The notes under the pieces: generated by a model
Seen by the model: only the letters and a program-made list of their open reading frames with translations
What the model was told of the DNA's origin: nothing
Database searches by the model: none
Assembly: GCA_038087875.1 (NCBI GenBank)
Contig: JAXLNO010000460.1
Coordinates: 1 to 64,000, forward strand
Direction of reading: 5' to 3'
Origin: Malacoraja senta
Taxonomy: Eukaryota
Length of the DNA stretch: 64,000 nt
Shown here: positions 25,366 through 38,724 of the stretch, piece by piece
Layout: every line of letters begins with the position of its first letter
Position numbering within the stretch: position 1 is the stretch's first letter
Program-made: the position numbers and the translations under genes

Positions 25366-26661
25366 ATCGGTAGGAAATATGAAAATATAATATATGAACA
25401 GATTAAAAATGGAGCACCTTGGATAACATCGGAGGAGAATAAATGGAGCAAATTGCATCTTTCGATTTCTTGCGCCAAGAAGCTGCACAAGTACAGCAAC
25501 CAGTTGTGCTCCTCTCTTGAATTTTGGTTCTTTTGAATATTGTTTACTTTTGGAAAAATACATATCAGGGAACCTATGTGGTAAGCTCAGAGCTTCCAGT
25601 TACATACAAGGTTAAAGGGATGAAATAATGAGGATAGCTGTCAATTCTATTAGCTATTCATTCTTTGTGGTTCCCATTTAAGGCCTCTATCACTCGCTTG
25701 TACATGGGAACATGTACCTTCCCCAACAAGATTTAATATTAAAAATAAATTGTAAACAAAAGTAATGATTTTATTAAGAGTAAGTCAGATAGCTCTGCAG
25801 GGCTATTAAATACATTTACCTGCTCCCAGACATTTTACTTATTTATTTCTTCATTCATTATTCAAGGTATGGAATTGCTGGCTAGACCACTACTTATTTC
25901 CCATTATGAATGCATCTTGTGAAGAAGGAACCTTCTTGAATTGTTGCAGTCCTTCTCGTAAAGTTGCTGTTGAGAAGGAGTTCCAGGATTTAGACACGGT
26001 AACAGTCGAGAAATAACAATATAACACCAGGTCGGGATGGTGTGTGACTTGGAGGTGAACATGGCAGGTATTAGTGCCCCCATGGACCTGCTACCCTGAT
26101 TCTTCTTGGTGGTGGGAGTTGGTTTTGGAGGTGCTGTGAAATAGCCTAGGTAAGTAACTGTAAAACATTTTGAAGGATGATATACATTTCATGAATTAAT
26201 TGTAGACTGCCTTCTGACATCAGATATTTCAGGAAGAAGCTGACCTGGATTAGTTATTGACACCACAATGAATATTGTTGCAAATGCTTTCACGTGCTGC
26301 CTCTATATTGTTAATAGAAGGGATGTTTCTGGAGCATCCTCTGGTCAGCTATTTAATTGTTCATGAATAGATGGGGCAGAACTGCAGTTTTGTCCTGATT
26401 TATTGGTGATGGGATACACATTTCTGTTTGTAGCATCCCCTTCTGTGCTGTTTATTAAACCAGGATTCAATCCCTGGCTAGATTTGAGCTACCTAGTTTG
26501 CTCTATCCCAATTAGTACAATAGCACCATGCAATATTATGGAAGGTGTCCTCAGTGCCCCACAAGGATGTGGTCTTTCCTACCATCCTCTCTTGCACTGA
26601 TGCAACTATTATTGGATGAATGCTGAGGACAAACTGAAGTCTGTTTGAATCATCCTTATAA

Positions 26662-27122
26662 AGTCATAGAATCAAAGAGTGATACAGTGTGCAAACAAGT
26701 CATTCAGCCCACCTTGCCCACACTGGCCAACATGTCCCAGCTACACAAGTCCCTCCTGCCCTCATTTAATCCATATCCCTCCAAACCTGTCCTATCCATG
26801 CACCTGTCTAACTGTTTCTTAAATGTTCGGATAGTCCCTGCCTCAACTACCTCCTCTGGCAGCTTGTTCCATACACCCACCACTCTTTGTGTGAAAATGT
26901 TACCCCCTCAGATTCCTATTAAATCTTTTACCCTTCACCTTAAACCTATGCCCTCTGGTCCTCGATTCACCTACTCTGTGCAAGAAACTCTATGCATCTA
27001 TCTATTTCTCTTATGATTTTATACACCTCGATTAGATCACCCCACATCCATCTTCGCTCCAAGAAATAGAGTCCAAGCCTACTCAACCTCATCCTATAGC
27101 TCAGTCAACCTCTCCCTATTGC
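26662..27122 (-). mobile_element. CR1/HER1 LINE 3' fragment
   Basis: Similar to the other CR1 3' ends (ccatatccctccaaacc...ggcagcttgttccatacacccaccact...ctatgccctctgg). Confidence 0.8.
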
Positions 27123-28015
27123 TCAGGGAGCTCAGGTTATGTTTGCTTGTTCTTCAGAAACACTTTTCGGTCATTGCTGAGGTTTGGCTTCTTCATCCAG
27201 GATGTGTTCTGGCTTTCAACTGTTTTGTAATATTTATAACCTCAGGTTTATTAAAGTAAAATTCCAAGAACTCTGCATTTTTCTAGGATCATTTGTCTCT
27301 ATATTGATGAATAACAATGCAGCTCTCTCTGAGAGACAAATGGAATGCCAACTGTTGCTAAAGGCAGAAAATTATGGAAACATCCAGCAGGTCAAGCAGT
27401 AACTTTGGAAAGAAAAATATAATTAATATTTCAGCTTGAAGACTCTTCGACAGGACAGGGAAAGAGAAAAATAAGTTTGTATCAAGCTGCAGAGGTGAGA
27501 GGCAGGATAGGACAAAGAGAACATCTCTGGTACAGTGAGGCCAGGGTTGCCTTATGAATAAGTTGTGAATAAGGTAATCTGGTGTTAATTGGGGAGGGAG
27601 AATTTAAACCTTTCTTCATAAAAGCCATGAAATAAGGGTAGTTATAGAGTGAAAGCACCATTAAAGTGTAAGAGTTTAAAATACAGGGCTGCTGGACATG
27701 TCCAGGTAGTACGACTGGAGAGGCTGTGTGACAGATGGATGAGCCAGCCCATTCTGATACAGACAAAGAAAACAAGCTGCCTTAAGACATTGTTATTTAG
27801 TCTAGAAAGGCTGCAATATGCCAGATGAAAGATGATTGGTGTTCATCTAATATGTATAACAGTGGAGGAGGACACAGACCAAGTGGTCAGTGGGAATGGG
27901 ATGAGGAATTAAAATGGAAGACAACAGAAAGTTCTAAAGGTTGGCCCTTTGGATTGTGTGTCATTTTTGTTTTAAATTTTTAGTTCTTAGCATTAAAACC
28001 AGAAAATGATAATTA

Positions 28016-28380
28016 GGGTGGCACAGTGGTGCAGCGGTAGAGTTGCTGCCTTACAGCGCCAGAAATCTGGGTTCGATCCTGACTACAGGTGGTGTCTGTA
28101 TGGAGTTTGGACATTCTCCATGAGACCGCGTGGGTTTCCTGCAGGTGTTCCGGTTTTCTCCAATGTTCCAAAGACGTACATGTTTGCAGGTTAATTGGCT
28201 TCTGTAAATTGTCCCTTGTGTGTAGAATAGAACCAGTGTACAGGTGATAATTTGTTGGCATGGATAGTCGGGGGGGAGGGGGTGGCATGGGGGGGGGGGG
28301 GATGGCGTGGGGGGGGGGCATTGGGGGGGGGGGTGGATGAAGGGCATGTTTCCATGCTGTATATCTAAACTAAACTAAAT
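28016..28380 (+). mobile_element. HE1-type V-SINE
   Basis: Pol III A box TGGTGCAGCGG and B box GGTTCGATCC, V-domain, G-run expansion, (ctaaa)n tail. Confidence 0.85.
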
Positions 28381-30084
28381 TTCCAGGACATTTTTCTCTT
28401 TCACTCCCATAGTTATACTACTTTTGGAGAAAAATTATATCAGTGACAAGTGCACAATGGTAATGGATATCAAAATCATTCCCATTGTTCTGATACAATA
28501 ATTACTCCAGAGCTTTAATTGTATGGCTTATAACAGGCCTTTTTGTGTTCTGATACCAACAAAGCATTCTCATCAATCTAAAGGAATACAATGCAGAGAT
28601 AATGGCAAACTCGCCTTGTTCTGTTGTCCCTAGTTCTTTCCAAATGTTACTTTTTTCATCAAATGTGTAATGCACCATGTTGCTGCACAGTATTTGTCAG
28701 GCTGTGTGTTTTCAGCAGGCAATTCAGCCATCTCAACATTAGATGGTTATTGGAAAACTAATTTAACATCACATTCAAGTTAATTCCTAGAATATTCTTT
28801 GAGTCTTCGGATGGTGACTTGAGTCTTTGAGCCAAATGACAAATGACTTGAAATTCTAAGGAACATTGGGTACTGTTTGGTATGAATAATAACCTTTTCA
28901 TTATATTTGATGGAAAAACAATGAACATTAAAATTGCTATTGCACATGAATCTGAAATTCAAACTATATTTCAAAGCAATTGAGTTTTGTAAACACTTCC
29001 ATAAGTAAAAGACATCAAGCATCTAAATATTGCTTATTATCATTTGAGGTCGATGTTTGAATGTGAAAAGTACAACTAAGACTCTGGCTCCATTTCGCAG
29101 GTTGTTGTCTTAGCTGAAAGATCACATCTATCTGGGATGGATCTTATATATGTAAGAGCATTCAGCTGCATTCTGAGAGAGATAGTGATAGAATTTTGTT
29201 TTCTGATAAATATGCAGACTAAGTTATGACCTATAGAAGAATGTGAGATAAAGACATCCACTTTATATATTGCCGTAGTAGTTTAAAATCTAACTTTAGG
29301 TAATACAGTATCATAGTGAAGTAAAAGGTCACCCATTCCTTCTCTCCAGAGATGCTGCCTGTCCCACTGAGTTACTCCAGCATTTTGTGTCTATCTTTGA
29401 AGTAAAATGGAAATTGTTTTTAACAGAGCAAATATAATATGAGTCTTATTGAAAACAATCAGGACATTTCGATTAACTGCATATTGTCGGCTTGCAAAGT
29501 ACTGGACCAATCACACATATCTTTCGCCATTCAATTACAGAAGCATACATATTTATTTTATCAACACTTTAGCTGTCTTCATTTCTTAGAAAATATCAAA
29601 CACAACTGATAATTGAAAAACTCCAATGAGCAGTGATTCCTATTTTCAGTCACGATAAACTTGCTGGAGATTGAATTGCAATGATAAAATTGGTTGTTTC
29701 AAGTATCAATTACCATAATATTTCACATGACTAATCTGCTTTCAAACCTTTTGAATAGGGCATTATTTTTGGAAAGGTTTTTTCATGCTTGGAAATGGTC
29801 ATCATTTTTTAATTCATATTTCAGGTGTCATGGACAGGCCCAGTATTTATTGTCCAGACCTAAATGACCTTGAGCTGGGTGGTTTATCCAATTACTTCAG
29901 ATTCAAACGTAGATAAGACTAGATTCATGTATGGGCTAGAATAAGTAAGGGTAGTAGATTTCCTCCAGCCAAAGCAACATCAGTGAATCAAATAGGTGTT
30001 CAATGACAATCTAAAAGCTTTGGTGGTCATTACAATTGACTAAAAATAATCCAGATTATTATATTCCACATCTGCTGTGTCTTA

Positions 30085-30855
30085 GTCACAGAGTCAAATA
30101 GCATGGAAACATGTCTTTCAGTCAATATTGCCCTTGCGAACCAAAATACCTCATCTACTCTACCCCCACCTGCCCTCGTTTGGCCCATATCCCTTTAAAT
30201 CTTTCCTATCCATGCAACTGTCCAAATATTTTTGATGTGTTGTTGTAGTATCTGTCTTAACTACAACCCCTGGTCGATTATTCCATACACCCACTACCCT
30301 CTGTGTGAAAACATTGCCCCTCAAATTCCTATTAAAGTCCTTCCAGCCTCACCTTAAATCTACATCCATGGTTGTTGATTCTCCTACTCTGGGTAAGAAA
30401 AAAACTCTGTGCATCTATCTTAAGTATTCCCCTTTTGATTTTATACACTTCTGTAAGTTTACCCCTCAACCTCCTGCGCTCCAAGGAATAAAGTCCTAGC
30501 CTGCCAAACCTCTATCTATAGCTCAGGCCCTTGTATCCTGGCAACATCCTCATAAATCCTCTCTGAACTCATTTTTACTTAACATCTTTCCTGCAGCAGG
30601 ATGACCAGTACCGAATACAATGCTCAAATGGAGCCCCACCAACAACTTGTACAAATGTCATATAATATCCCAACTTCTATACTCAACACCCTGACTGATG
30701 AAGGCCAATGTATGGAAGCCTCTTGACATCCTATCTACCTGTGATGCTACTTTCAAGGAACTATGTGCCTGCACTACTAGATCCCTCTGCTCCATAAACT
30801 CCCCAGAGTCCTGCCATTCATTGTGAAGGCCCTGCCCTCAATTGATTTCCCATAT
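30085..30855 (-). mobile_element. CR1/HER1 LINE 3' fragment
   Basis: CR1 3' UTR and degenerate ORF2 C-terminus on the minus strand. Confidence 0.75.
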
Positions 30856-30889
30856 GCTGTGGTGGGAGTTAAACTCAAGCATCTGATAA

Positions 30890-31929
30890 GGTACACAAAA
30901 ATGCTGGAGAAACTCAGCGGGTGCAGCAGCATCTATGAAGCGAAGGAAATAGGTAACGTTTCGGGCCGAAACCCTTCTTCAGACTGATAGGGGGTGGGGA
31001 GAAGAAAGGAAAAAAGGACAAAGGCGGAGGAGGAGCCCGAGGGCTGGGGGAGGGGAGGAGACAACCAGATGGCTGATGAAGGGGAGGGGACAGCAAGGGC
31101 TAGCAGAATTGGGAGAATTCAATGTTGAGGCCCCCAGGATGTAGACTGCTCAAGCGGAATATGAGGTGCATTTCCTCCAATTTACGGTGTTGCTCGCTGT
31201 GGCCATGGAGGAGACCCAGGACGGAGAGGTCAGATACGGAATGGGAGGGGGAGTTGAAGTGCTGAGCCACCGGGAGTTCAGGTTGGTTATTGCGGACCGA
31301 CCGGAGGTGTTCGGCGAAACGATCGCCAAGCCTCCGCTTGGTCTCACCGATGTAGATCAGCTGGCATCTAGAGCAGCGAATGCAATAGATGAGGTTGGAG
31401 GAGATGCAGGTGAACCTCTGTCGCACCTGGAACGACTGCTTGGGTCCTTGAATGGAGTGGAGGGGGGAGGTGAAGGGACAAGTGTTGCATCTCTTGCGGT
31501 TGCATATAACCACAAGGTCGGTCCGCAATAACCAACCTGAACTCCCGGTGGCTCAGCACTTCAACTCCCCCTCCCATTCCGTATCTGACCTCTCTGTCCT
31601 GGGTCTCCTCCATGGCCACAGCGAGCAACACCGTAAATTGGAGGAAATGCACCTCATATTCCGCTTGGGCAGTCTACATCCTGGGGGCCTCAACATTGAA
31701 TTCTCCCAATTCTGCTAGCCCTTGCTGTCCCCTCCCCTTCATCAGCCATCTGGTTGTCTCCTCCCCTCCCCCAGCCCTCGGGCTCCTCCTCCGCCTTTGT
31801 CCTTTTTTCCTTTCTTCTCCTCACCCCCTATCAGTCTGAAGAAGGGTTTCGGCCCGAAACGTTACCTATTTCCTTCGCTCCATAGATGCTGCTGCACCCG
31901 CTGAGTTTCTCCAGCATTTTTGTGTACCT
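30890..31929. mobile_element. Inverted (head-to-head) Penelope-like insertion
   Basis: Minus-strand GIY-YIG + pLTR arm 30890-31504, ~11-nt filler, plus-strand arm 31516-31929; 15-bp TSD TCAAGCATCTGATAA (30875-30889 / 31930-31944). Confidence 0.92.
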
Positions 31930-32258
31930 TCAAGCATCTGATAACTTGTCCTGTAATTTAATCACTGCACTGCCAGCATAAGTTTTAGAAGTTAATTGCC
32001 TTTTATCCTGAAATATTTGTCAAATTGCTGTATATTTATACTAGTTATCTAGCAGTAACATGACAGCTAAAAGAAGAATTAAAGTAATATTTTAGAGCTA
32101 ATTATGTGAATTGTAAATTTGTGCAATATATATTGCCAATTTTGTTAGTTGATTTACTTCATTACAATTAATAAAATAAAATAATAGGATAACCAAAGAT
32201 AATGACAATTCCAATAAGCTCTATGCAATGTATAATTTCAAAATTTGCAAGTTATATT

Positions 32259-32365
<107 letters not shown>

Positions 32366-32739
32366 TTCAATGATACTTGCAATATTTTGTTGTGCATTTC
32401 AATGTTGATTTACAAAGCAATTAGTCTTCCATGTTTACATTCATATGTGAAATTATGTGATTGTCAAAAAATCCATGCAAGGTGTTTAATTTTACTGAAC
32501 ATATGTTTTGAAATATTCCTATTTTGAATCCACACTCCCTATATGTGCTGATCTCACAGCTTCAGGATTTGCAAGGTGGCAGACTGGGCAAGATTACTCA
32601 ATCCAGTAAAGATGGGAGCAGACCAAGACAATGCCCATTAAAACACCACCAATGACTCTCAAATGCAATGCAGACACCCACTGACAATCTTCCCACTGTC
32701 TTCAAATTCAACCCAATCATCACCTCTATAACATCACTC

Positions 32740-33065
32740 CTCAGTCTTCTAAGCTTTGGTGAGGACAAACCCATTCAATCCTACCTCTCTTTTACAAATA
32801 AACCCCGTCTCCCCTCCCAGCCCCATCCCAGGCACCTTCTGCACTTTTTCTATTGCTAAAACATTTTTGTAGTGTGGCAACCAGCACTCTACACAATGCT
32901 CTGAGTGTGGCCTAACCCATGTTTTGTACAGCTGAAACATAATGTCTGTACTCTTGTACTCAATGACTCAACCTATGAAGACAAGTATGCCAAATGATTT
33001 ATTCACTACGCTATCCACCTGTTTTACAATATTTGGGTGCAACTTTGCGCATGCACTCTAAGGTC
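32740..33065 (-). mobile_element. CR1 LINE ORF2 C-terminal fragment
   Basis: QLYKTWVRPHSEHCVECWLPHYK motif. Confidence 0.7.
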
Positions 33066-33425
33066 CCTCATTGCTTCTATGGAAAGTTATTTGTAAGGCT
33101 GTGCTGCTCAATCCTTATATTTTAAGAGCAGTCAGTTTTCATTTTAAGTAGAAAGCTATGAAATGCAGAACAATGTAAACGAAATAGAACGTGAATTAAC
33201 TGTCCCTTTCAAAATTGTGAGTAGGAAAATCAAACACCCACTGGTGGCCATACCTCAGTGAGTTACATTAATAGGAATAGAAACCTTCGGCATTTGTAAA
33301 AACGTGTGAATGTAATGGACATGTAATAATTGATTATATGTGACAATTTAAATTGAGTCCCATTTACTGCTGTAGGAACTTTAAAACCACATATATTGTC
33401 TAGAGAGAGTATGTGAGCTTTCTAA

Positions 33426-34646
33426 AGACCCTGTCCCACTTTCACGACCTAATTTGCGACCTCTGACGACCTTAAACGACCTAATAAAAATCAAGGTCGC
33501 GGTAACCTACGACCTCCTTCGACCTCCTTCGACTATGTTGAAGACTGGCTTCGACCATGTACGTTTTACTGCTGTTTGCAGTAGCCCCTTTGCTTCAGCA
33601 GCCTATTAAGAAAGGCAGAAGGGGATGAGCGAGGGTGAAGAGGAAGCACAAGAAGAGGTCTCAATGGGTGAATGGAGATGATGTCATGGACTGTCCCAGT
33701 ACACCAGATGACTGGAAGAGAGTGGTTCTGGGCTTTGACAAAAGATAGAACTTTAAGTACACATGTGGGGCAGTGGATGGCAAGCATGCCATTCTTGGCC
33801 CTGTCCCTGTACCCCTCATTTTCCTTTTCGTACAGGATGGCATTCTACTGGAACCATTCCTCAAGGTCCCCCTCCAGCTGCCTGGTGAAGGCGTAGGGCA
33901 TAACCTTCTTCCAGCCCTCCCTCACCACCAATGGGGCATCTGCCTCTGATGCTGTGTCAGACACAGGAGAAAGGGCTGCTTTGCTGCCTTCAAATGAGGC
34001 AGTGAAGGATGGGGTGGTGGTGGGGACATATACTACCACCCTGGTCTCCTCTTCCAGGGGTCTCTCATGCAGGGCTACCTCCTCCTGCACTATCACCTCC
34101 TGTGGCATCACCTCCTGCCACTCCTCTTGGGTGGGCAACACCTGCATGGCCGTTTTTCTTTAATGGTTGTGCCCTCCCCCTGCGCTGCTGCCTTTTTGGA
34201 GCCATCTCTAAAACATGTCTCCTCTCCAAAAAACTCTCCAGCTATGAATGAACATGCCTTGGAGTGACAGAGTGATGTTCTACTGTTTAAATAACCTTTT
34301 TTTTCTACTGACCTTTTTTTCACCCCAGAGCTATTACCTTTGACTCCCTCCGACCACCTACGACTAGCATCACGACCTACTGCGACCTACCTATGATCTA
34401 CCTACGACCTACCTACGAGTAAAAAGTATCGATTTTTTTACATGCCGACCTTTTTTTTTTACTCGTGGACATTTTTTATCAGGCTAGAAAAAACGCCACA
34501 ACCTACTTGATGCCACGAGTAGCTACGAATAGCATCACGACCTACCTATGACCTCCTACGACCTCGTGGCGACCATGCTGCGAGTATGAATCAAGGACAA
34601 ACTCGGCAGAGGTCGTGAATTAGGTTGTGAAAGTGGAAAAGGGGCT
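33426..34646 (-). mobile_element. PIF/Harbinger deletion derivative carrying a Myb/SANT(MADF)-like pseudogene
   Basis: TIRs AGaCCCTgTcCCACTTTCACgACCTAAT / ATTAGGTtGTGAAAGTGGaAaAGGGgCT with TWA flanks; cgacctac subterminal repeats; same family as 13349-14530 in the opposite orientation. Confidence 0.8.
33760..34147 (-). pseudogene. Harbinger ORF1-like (Myb/SANT/MADF) remnant
   Basis: Read-through YAFTRQLEGDLEEWFQ*NAILYEKENEGYRDRAK resembles the MADF-type pattern E-W-x3-N-P-x-L-Y-D-K-x4-Y-K-D; in-frame TAG at 33845-33847. Confidence 0.6.
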
Positions 34647-34763
34647 TTACATTCCTCAGCACTAAGGAAAAGTTATTGACATGAAACATTATTTTCATTA
34701 TGGGCACAACAGCTTTCTTGCCATTTAATATTTCTGAAATGTTCTGCATTTATTTTAAATTTC

Positions 34764-35097
34764 CAGCTTTAGCATTTTCAAACCAAAGGCAAGGCAGCTT
34801 TAGCATTTTCAAACCAAAGGCAAGGCAGCTTTAGCATTTTCAAACCAAAGGCAAGGCAGCTTTCGCATTTTCAAACCAAAGGCAAGGCGGCTTTAGCATT
34901 TTCAAACCAAAGGCAAGGCGGCTTTAGCATTTTCAAACCAAAGGCAACACAGCTTTAGCATTTTCAAACCAAAGGCAACGCAGCTTTAGCATTTTCAAAC
35001 CAAAGGCAACACAGCTTTAGCATTTTCAAAACAAAGGCAACACAGCTTTAGCATTTTCAAACCAAAGGCAACACAGCTTTAGCATTTTCAAACCAAA
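34764..35097. repeat. 31-bp minisatellite, 10 full copies + partial
   Basis: Unit CAGCTTTAGCATTTTCAAACCAAAGGCAAGG, head-to-tail with no spacers. Confidence 0.95.
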
Positions 35098-35504
35098 ACA
35101 AATTTTTGCATTTTCAAACTACATTTTCAAACCACATTAAGGGCACCGACAGGTCAGTAAAACCACACACAGTTAAGTAGACATGTGTTCAGAGTTATTC
35201 ACAGCTCAGACTGAGAATTGTGACCTCTCGCTCCCCCATCTTGCAGAGAACTGAGGCACCTCCACACTTCCGGGTTTTATAGTCCTTCCGGAAGGGGCAT
35301 GGACTTCAGGAGAGAGAATCTCAACATTTTTAAAACATTAATAAGTCTTTTATTTTTCATCGATGGGAAAAATCCTCTTGTCCTGACCAGCGGAGGGGCA
35401 CTGAGTAAGATGGCCAAAAATCACAGCCGTAGGTGGCAGCATTTTTCCTAAAATCAATATGCAATGCAACAGGAAGTTCAAGATCAGACTTTTAGTAATA
35501 TAGA
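34764..35504 (-). mobile_element. Probable non-autonomous Helitron (5' end present, 3' end not found)
   Basis: Minus strand begins A|TCTATATTACTAAAAG at 35504, resembling vertebrate Helitron 5' termini; internal minisatellite; no TIR/TSD. Confidence 0.6.
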
Positions 35505-36184
35505 TTTAGACATAATTATTACTAAACAACCTGCTTATTTATGAAAAAAAATGTAATTGTTTCTCTGATCATAATTTTAAATTCCTTGGATATTATTTTC
35601 AAAATTCATTCTATTTCAGTGATTACATAATTCCATACATTTGTCATGAAAATTAAAAAGAATAAATAAGACTAGTTTTGTTTTTTACTTTCTTAATGGC
35701 TGGGTGATAATTCTTCTTCCAAATTGGCCATCCAGCCTGGTTAATGTTATTGGATAACACAAATCATCCAAATGGCTTTACAAAAGAGGAAATCCCATGA
35801 TCCAGTGCCCACATTAGCTTTTCTGCTTTTTTTTTAAATGGTTAGCGCTTGTAGCCAACTTACTTGAACTTTGGATTACGTTATCTTCTCAGGTTTATAG
35901 TATGGCCACAATGTATCTATGATTGACTAATTGTGTGCAAGAAATGTTCCCTGGTCATTTGACCAGAGATTAAAATATCCTGTGTTTTCACATGAGACAC
36001 AACATAAGTTGTGGTGTGAGGCGTTAATAGTCTCTTAACATTCTATGTTGTGGAAGTGTTGTTAGCTGCTGGAATGGTTTTAGCCATCAAAATCAATGAC
36101 GCTGTATTTTAGTAAGGCCAATGGAGAGATAAAGATTTTCATGACCTGTATTCCTGTTTTGATGTTGAGAATCTTTAATAATCA

Positions 36185-36642
36185 TAGAGTCACGGTCTTA
36201 CTACACAGAAACTGGCCCTTCACTCCAACTTGTCCCTGCTGAGCAAGATGCCCCATCTACACTAGTCATACCTGCCCAAGTTTGTCCCATATTCCTCTAG
36301 AACATTACCTCCAATGTATGTGTCTGAATGCCTTTTAAATGTTGTTATAGGAGCCGTCTCAACTACTTCTTCCAGAAGATTGTTTCATATACCAACTACC
36401 CTCTTTGTTTAACAAGTGTCCACTCGGGCTCCTATTAAATATTTCCCTCTCACCTTACAACCATGTCCTCCGGTTCTTGATTCCCCTGCTTTAAGTAAAA
36501 CTCTCTGTTTTCTTCCATGAAGTAAATTCTCCATCCAGTTGGCTAGCTCTCCCTGGATCCCATGCAACCTAACTTTCCAAAGTAGCCTACCATGTGGAAC
36601 CTTATCAAATGCCTTGCTGAGGTCCATATGGACAAGGTCCAC
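36185..36642 (-). mobile_element. CR1 LINE fragment with internal deletion
   Basis: DLSKAFDKVPHGRLLWKVRLHGIQG..W..N.L.GRKQRV joined directly to the CR1 3' end. Confidence 0.8.
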
Positions 36643-36844
36643 GGCTGGATGAGAGGCACTTACTGCTAAGCGTAGCTGTCAATGGTGTGGGTGATATTGC
36701 TTGGAATCTCCTCTGAGTAATTAAAATGCATTTGCTGCATAACACTTGCAAGAAATCAGTATTTTCCATCTCTGGAGCTGTTCAGGTCGAGTGCTTCTGC
36801 ACATTCTCAAAGTCAGCTTTCACACACTGGTCACAGAATGTCTT

Positions 36845-37365
36845 CAGACCAGCTTGGCGGCATCATGGTAACTCAAATGCCCAGGAAGGAAGGGGGGCAC
36901 AGAGAGTGGCAGACAGTGCCTTGTTACACATACTAACCTCCGCACCAAAGAAGGGATCTAAAGGAGGTGCTGCCTCAAAAAAAGCAGCCAATATCAGCAA
37001 AGCCCCACACCACCTTGGCCACGTTCTCATTTCACTATTACCATCGGGAAGAAAGTACAGGAGTATGCAACCCATAACCACTAGGTTCTTCCCAGCAACC
37101 ATTAGAATCATGAACACCGCACAACACTAACCTCAGCAACTACAGTCTTCTATGGACTATGGATTTTGGTTGCACTACGGAATTTGATTTGCACTATTAT
37201 TGTTACCTAGTATAACTGTTATTAATTTATTGAATTATTTAAGATATGTATCTGTGTTTTATATTAATTGTATTAATATAATTGGTATTAATTGGTCTGT
37301 TAGGCTCAGCAAGTAAGAATTTCATTATTTCATTGTGGGTATATATGACAATTAATCACTTGACG
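36845..37365 (+). mobile_element. Rex1/Babar LINE 3' fragment
   Basis: GNSNAQE...LPSGRKYRS...FFPATIRIMN; tail gcaagtaagaatttcatt...atgacaatta. Confidence 0.75.
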
Positions 37366-38377
37366 AGGCTTTGATTATCCATGGTGTTGAAATGATCCAA
37401 TCCCTGTGGTTGCTTGTTCTGCAATTCACCACATCTTATTTTCTTCCAATTTTTCCCCTATTTCCTGGCAACAACCACATCATGGGGTAAGCAGCAGTAA
37501 GTGTGGCACTCATCCAAATGGTTATCTGGCAATGTGTGCTGTAAAGTGCAGATCTTACCCTTCCCTCATGCCTACATTTTACTCTTGGTTACTTTTTTCA
37601 CTGAGCAAAAGCTTTTTATTTCCATTTCATTTCATTTCAAATATGGAAACATGAACCATTTAGCAGAATGGGCCTTTGTTTTAATTGTCTTACGGAGAGG
37701 ATTTTCATTAGATACTTAAAAGGCAATTAAATCCTTGAAGTAATTTTTCTCATACTGACTTATTCTTATCTCTTTGTTGAAAATCATCATAGATATCCTG
37801 AACTAAAATTTCTTACTGTGCTGCGACTTTGTTAGAAAATATTGGCGCCTTCATTTGGAATCACGGTTATTCATCATTTTTAAATGGATGGAAATTTGGA
37901 GCTTCCATGAATGTACAGTCACGCAAGAATTTCCCAAACATACTGATGGATTCAGATTCATGGAAACCATCTTTCAGATGCTATAGCAGGTCAGGTCTAC
38001 CATTGGATCTGGATCCTTACCAATTTCAGTTGCGCTATAGAAATCAGAGCACAAATCCTTGTTTGAAAGTTACTTTGTTTTGTTTCATGTTTTCAATCAC
38101 TAAAAATTAGTTTGAGTGTTTTCACTTATTTTTATCTTTATTTTTAAATAGAACTTGATTGATTTTGGAAAGACTTAATTTGGTTCATTTTTAAAATACA
38201 GTTTTCCAATGCCAGTGATATTCTAAGATATTAATTTTTTTTTACTAGCTTTGACAGCTGATGACTCTGGGGCTTTGCTGGCTGTCCAAACTTTAATAGT
38301 GTCATAGAGTCAACAAGCATGGAACAGGCCCTTCAGCCCAACTTGCCAATGGTGACCAACATACACCATCTACACTA

Positions 38378-38724
38378 TCGAGGAAATGTACAATGGTTCA
38401 TTGTTGGATGAGGGGAAGGTGAGAATGAGGTATACAAACAGTAAAATTTATCAGGAGGTAAGTGAAACTAGTCAGAGAACTAGGGTGGAAGGGGGAGGGG
38501 CGTACCTCCTACATTTCCTGATCATCGACTGCTTTGATCTGTCGTTTTCACACTTTACCCTTCTATATCTCTGGTTTTCCTCTCCTCTGACTCAGTCTGA
38601 AGTAGGATCTCAACCCAAAATGTCACCCATTCCTTCTTTCCAGAGATGCTGCCTGTCCCGCCGAGTTACTCCAACATTTAGTTTATCTTCGGTGTATACC
38701 AGCATCTGCAGTTCCCTCCAACAC
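38378..38724. mobile_element. Inverted Penelope 3'UTR/pLTR fragments
   Basis: Minus-type arm similar to 21710-21830, then plus-strand pLTR ctgaagtaggatctcaacccaaaatgtcacc...catctgcagttcc. Confidence 0.65.

Noticed and set aside
28016..28090. tRNA gene
   Set aside because: A and B boxes are present but run into the V-SINE body, and I could not fold a cloverleaf; it is a SINE head
34764..35097. CRISPR-like array of 31-bp repeats
   Set aside because: Repeats are head-to-tail with no unique spacers, there are no cas genes, and the context is eukaryotic; it is a minisatellite
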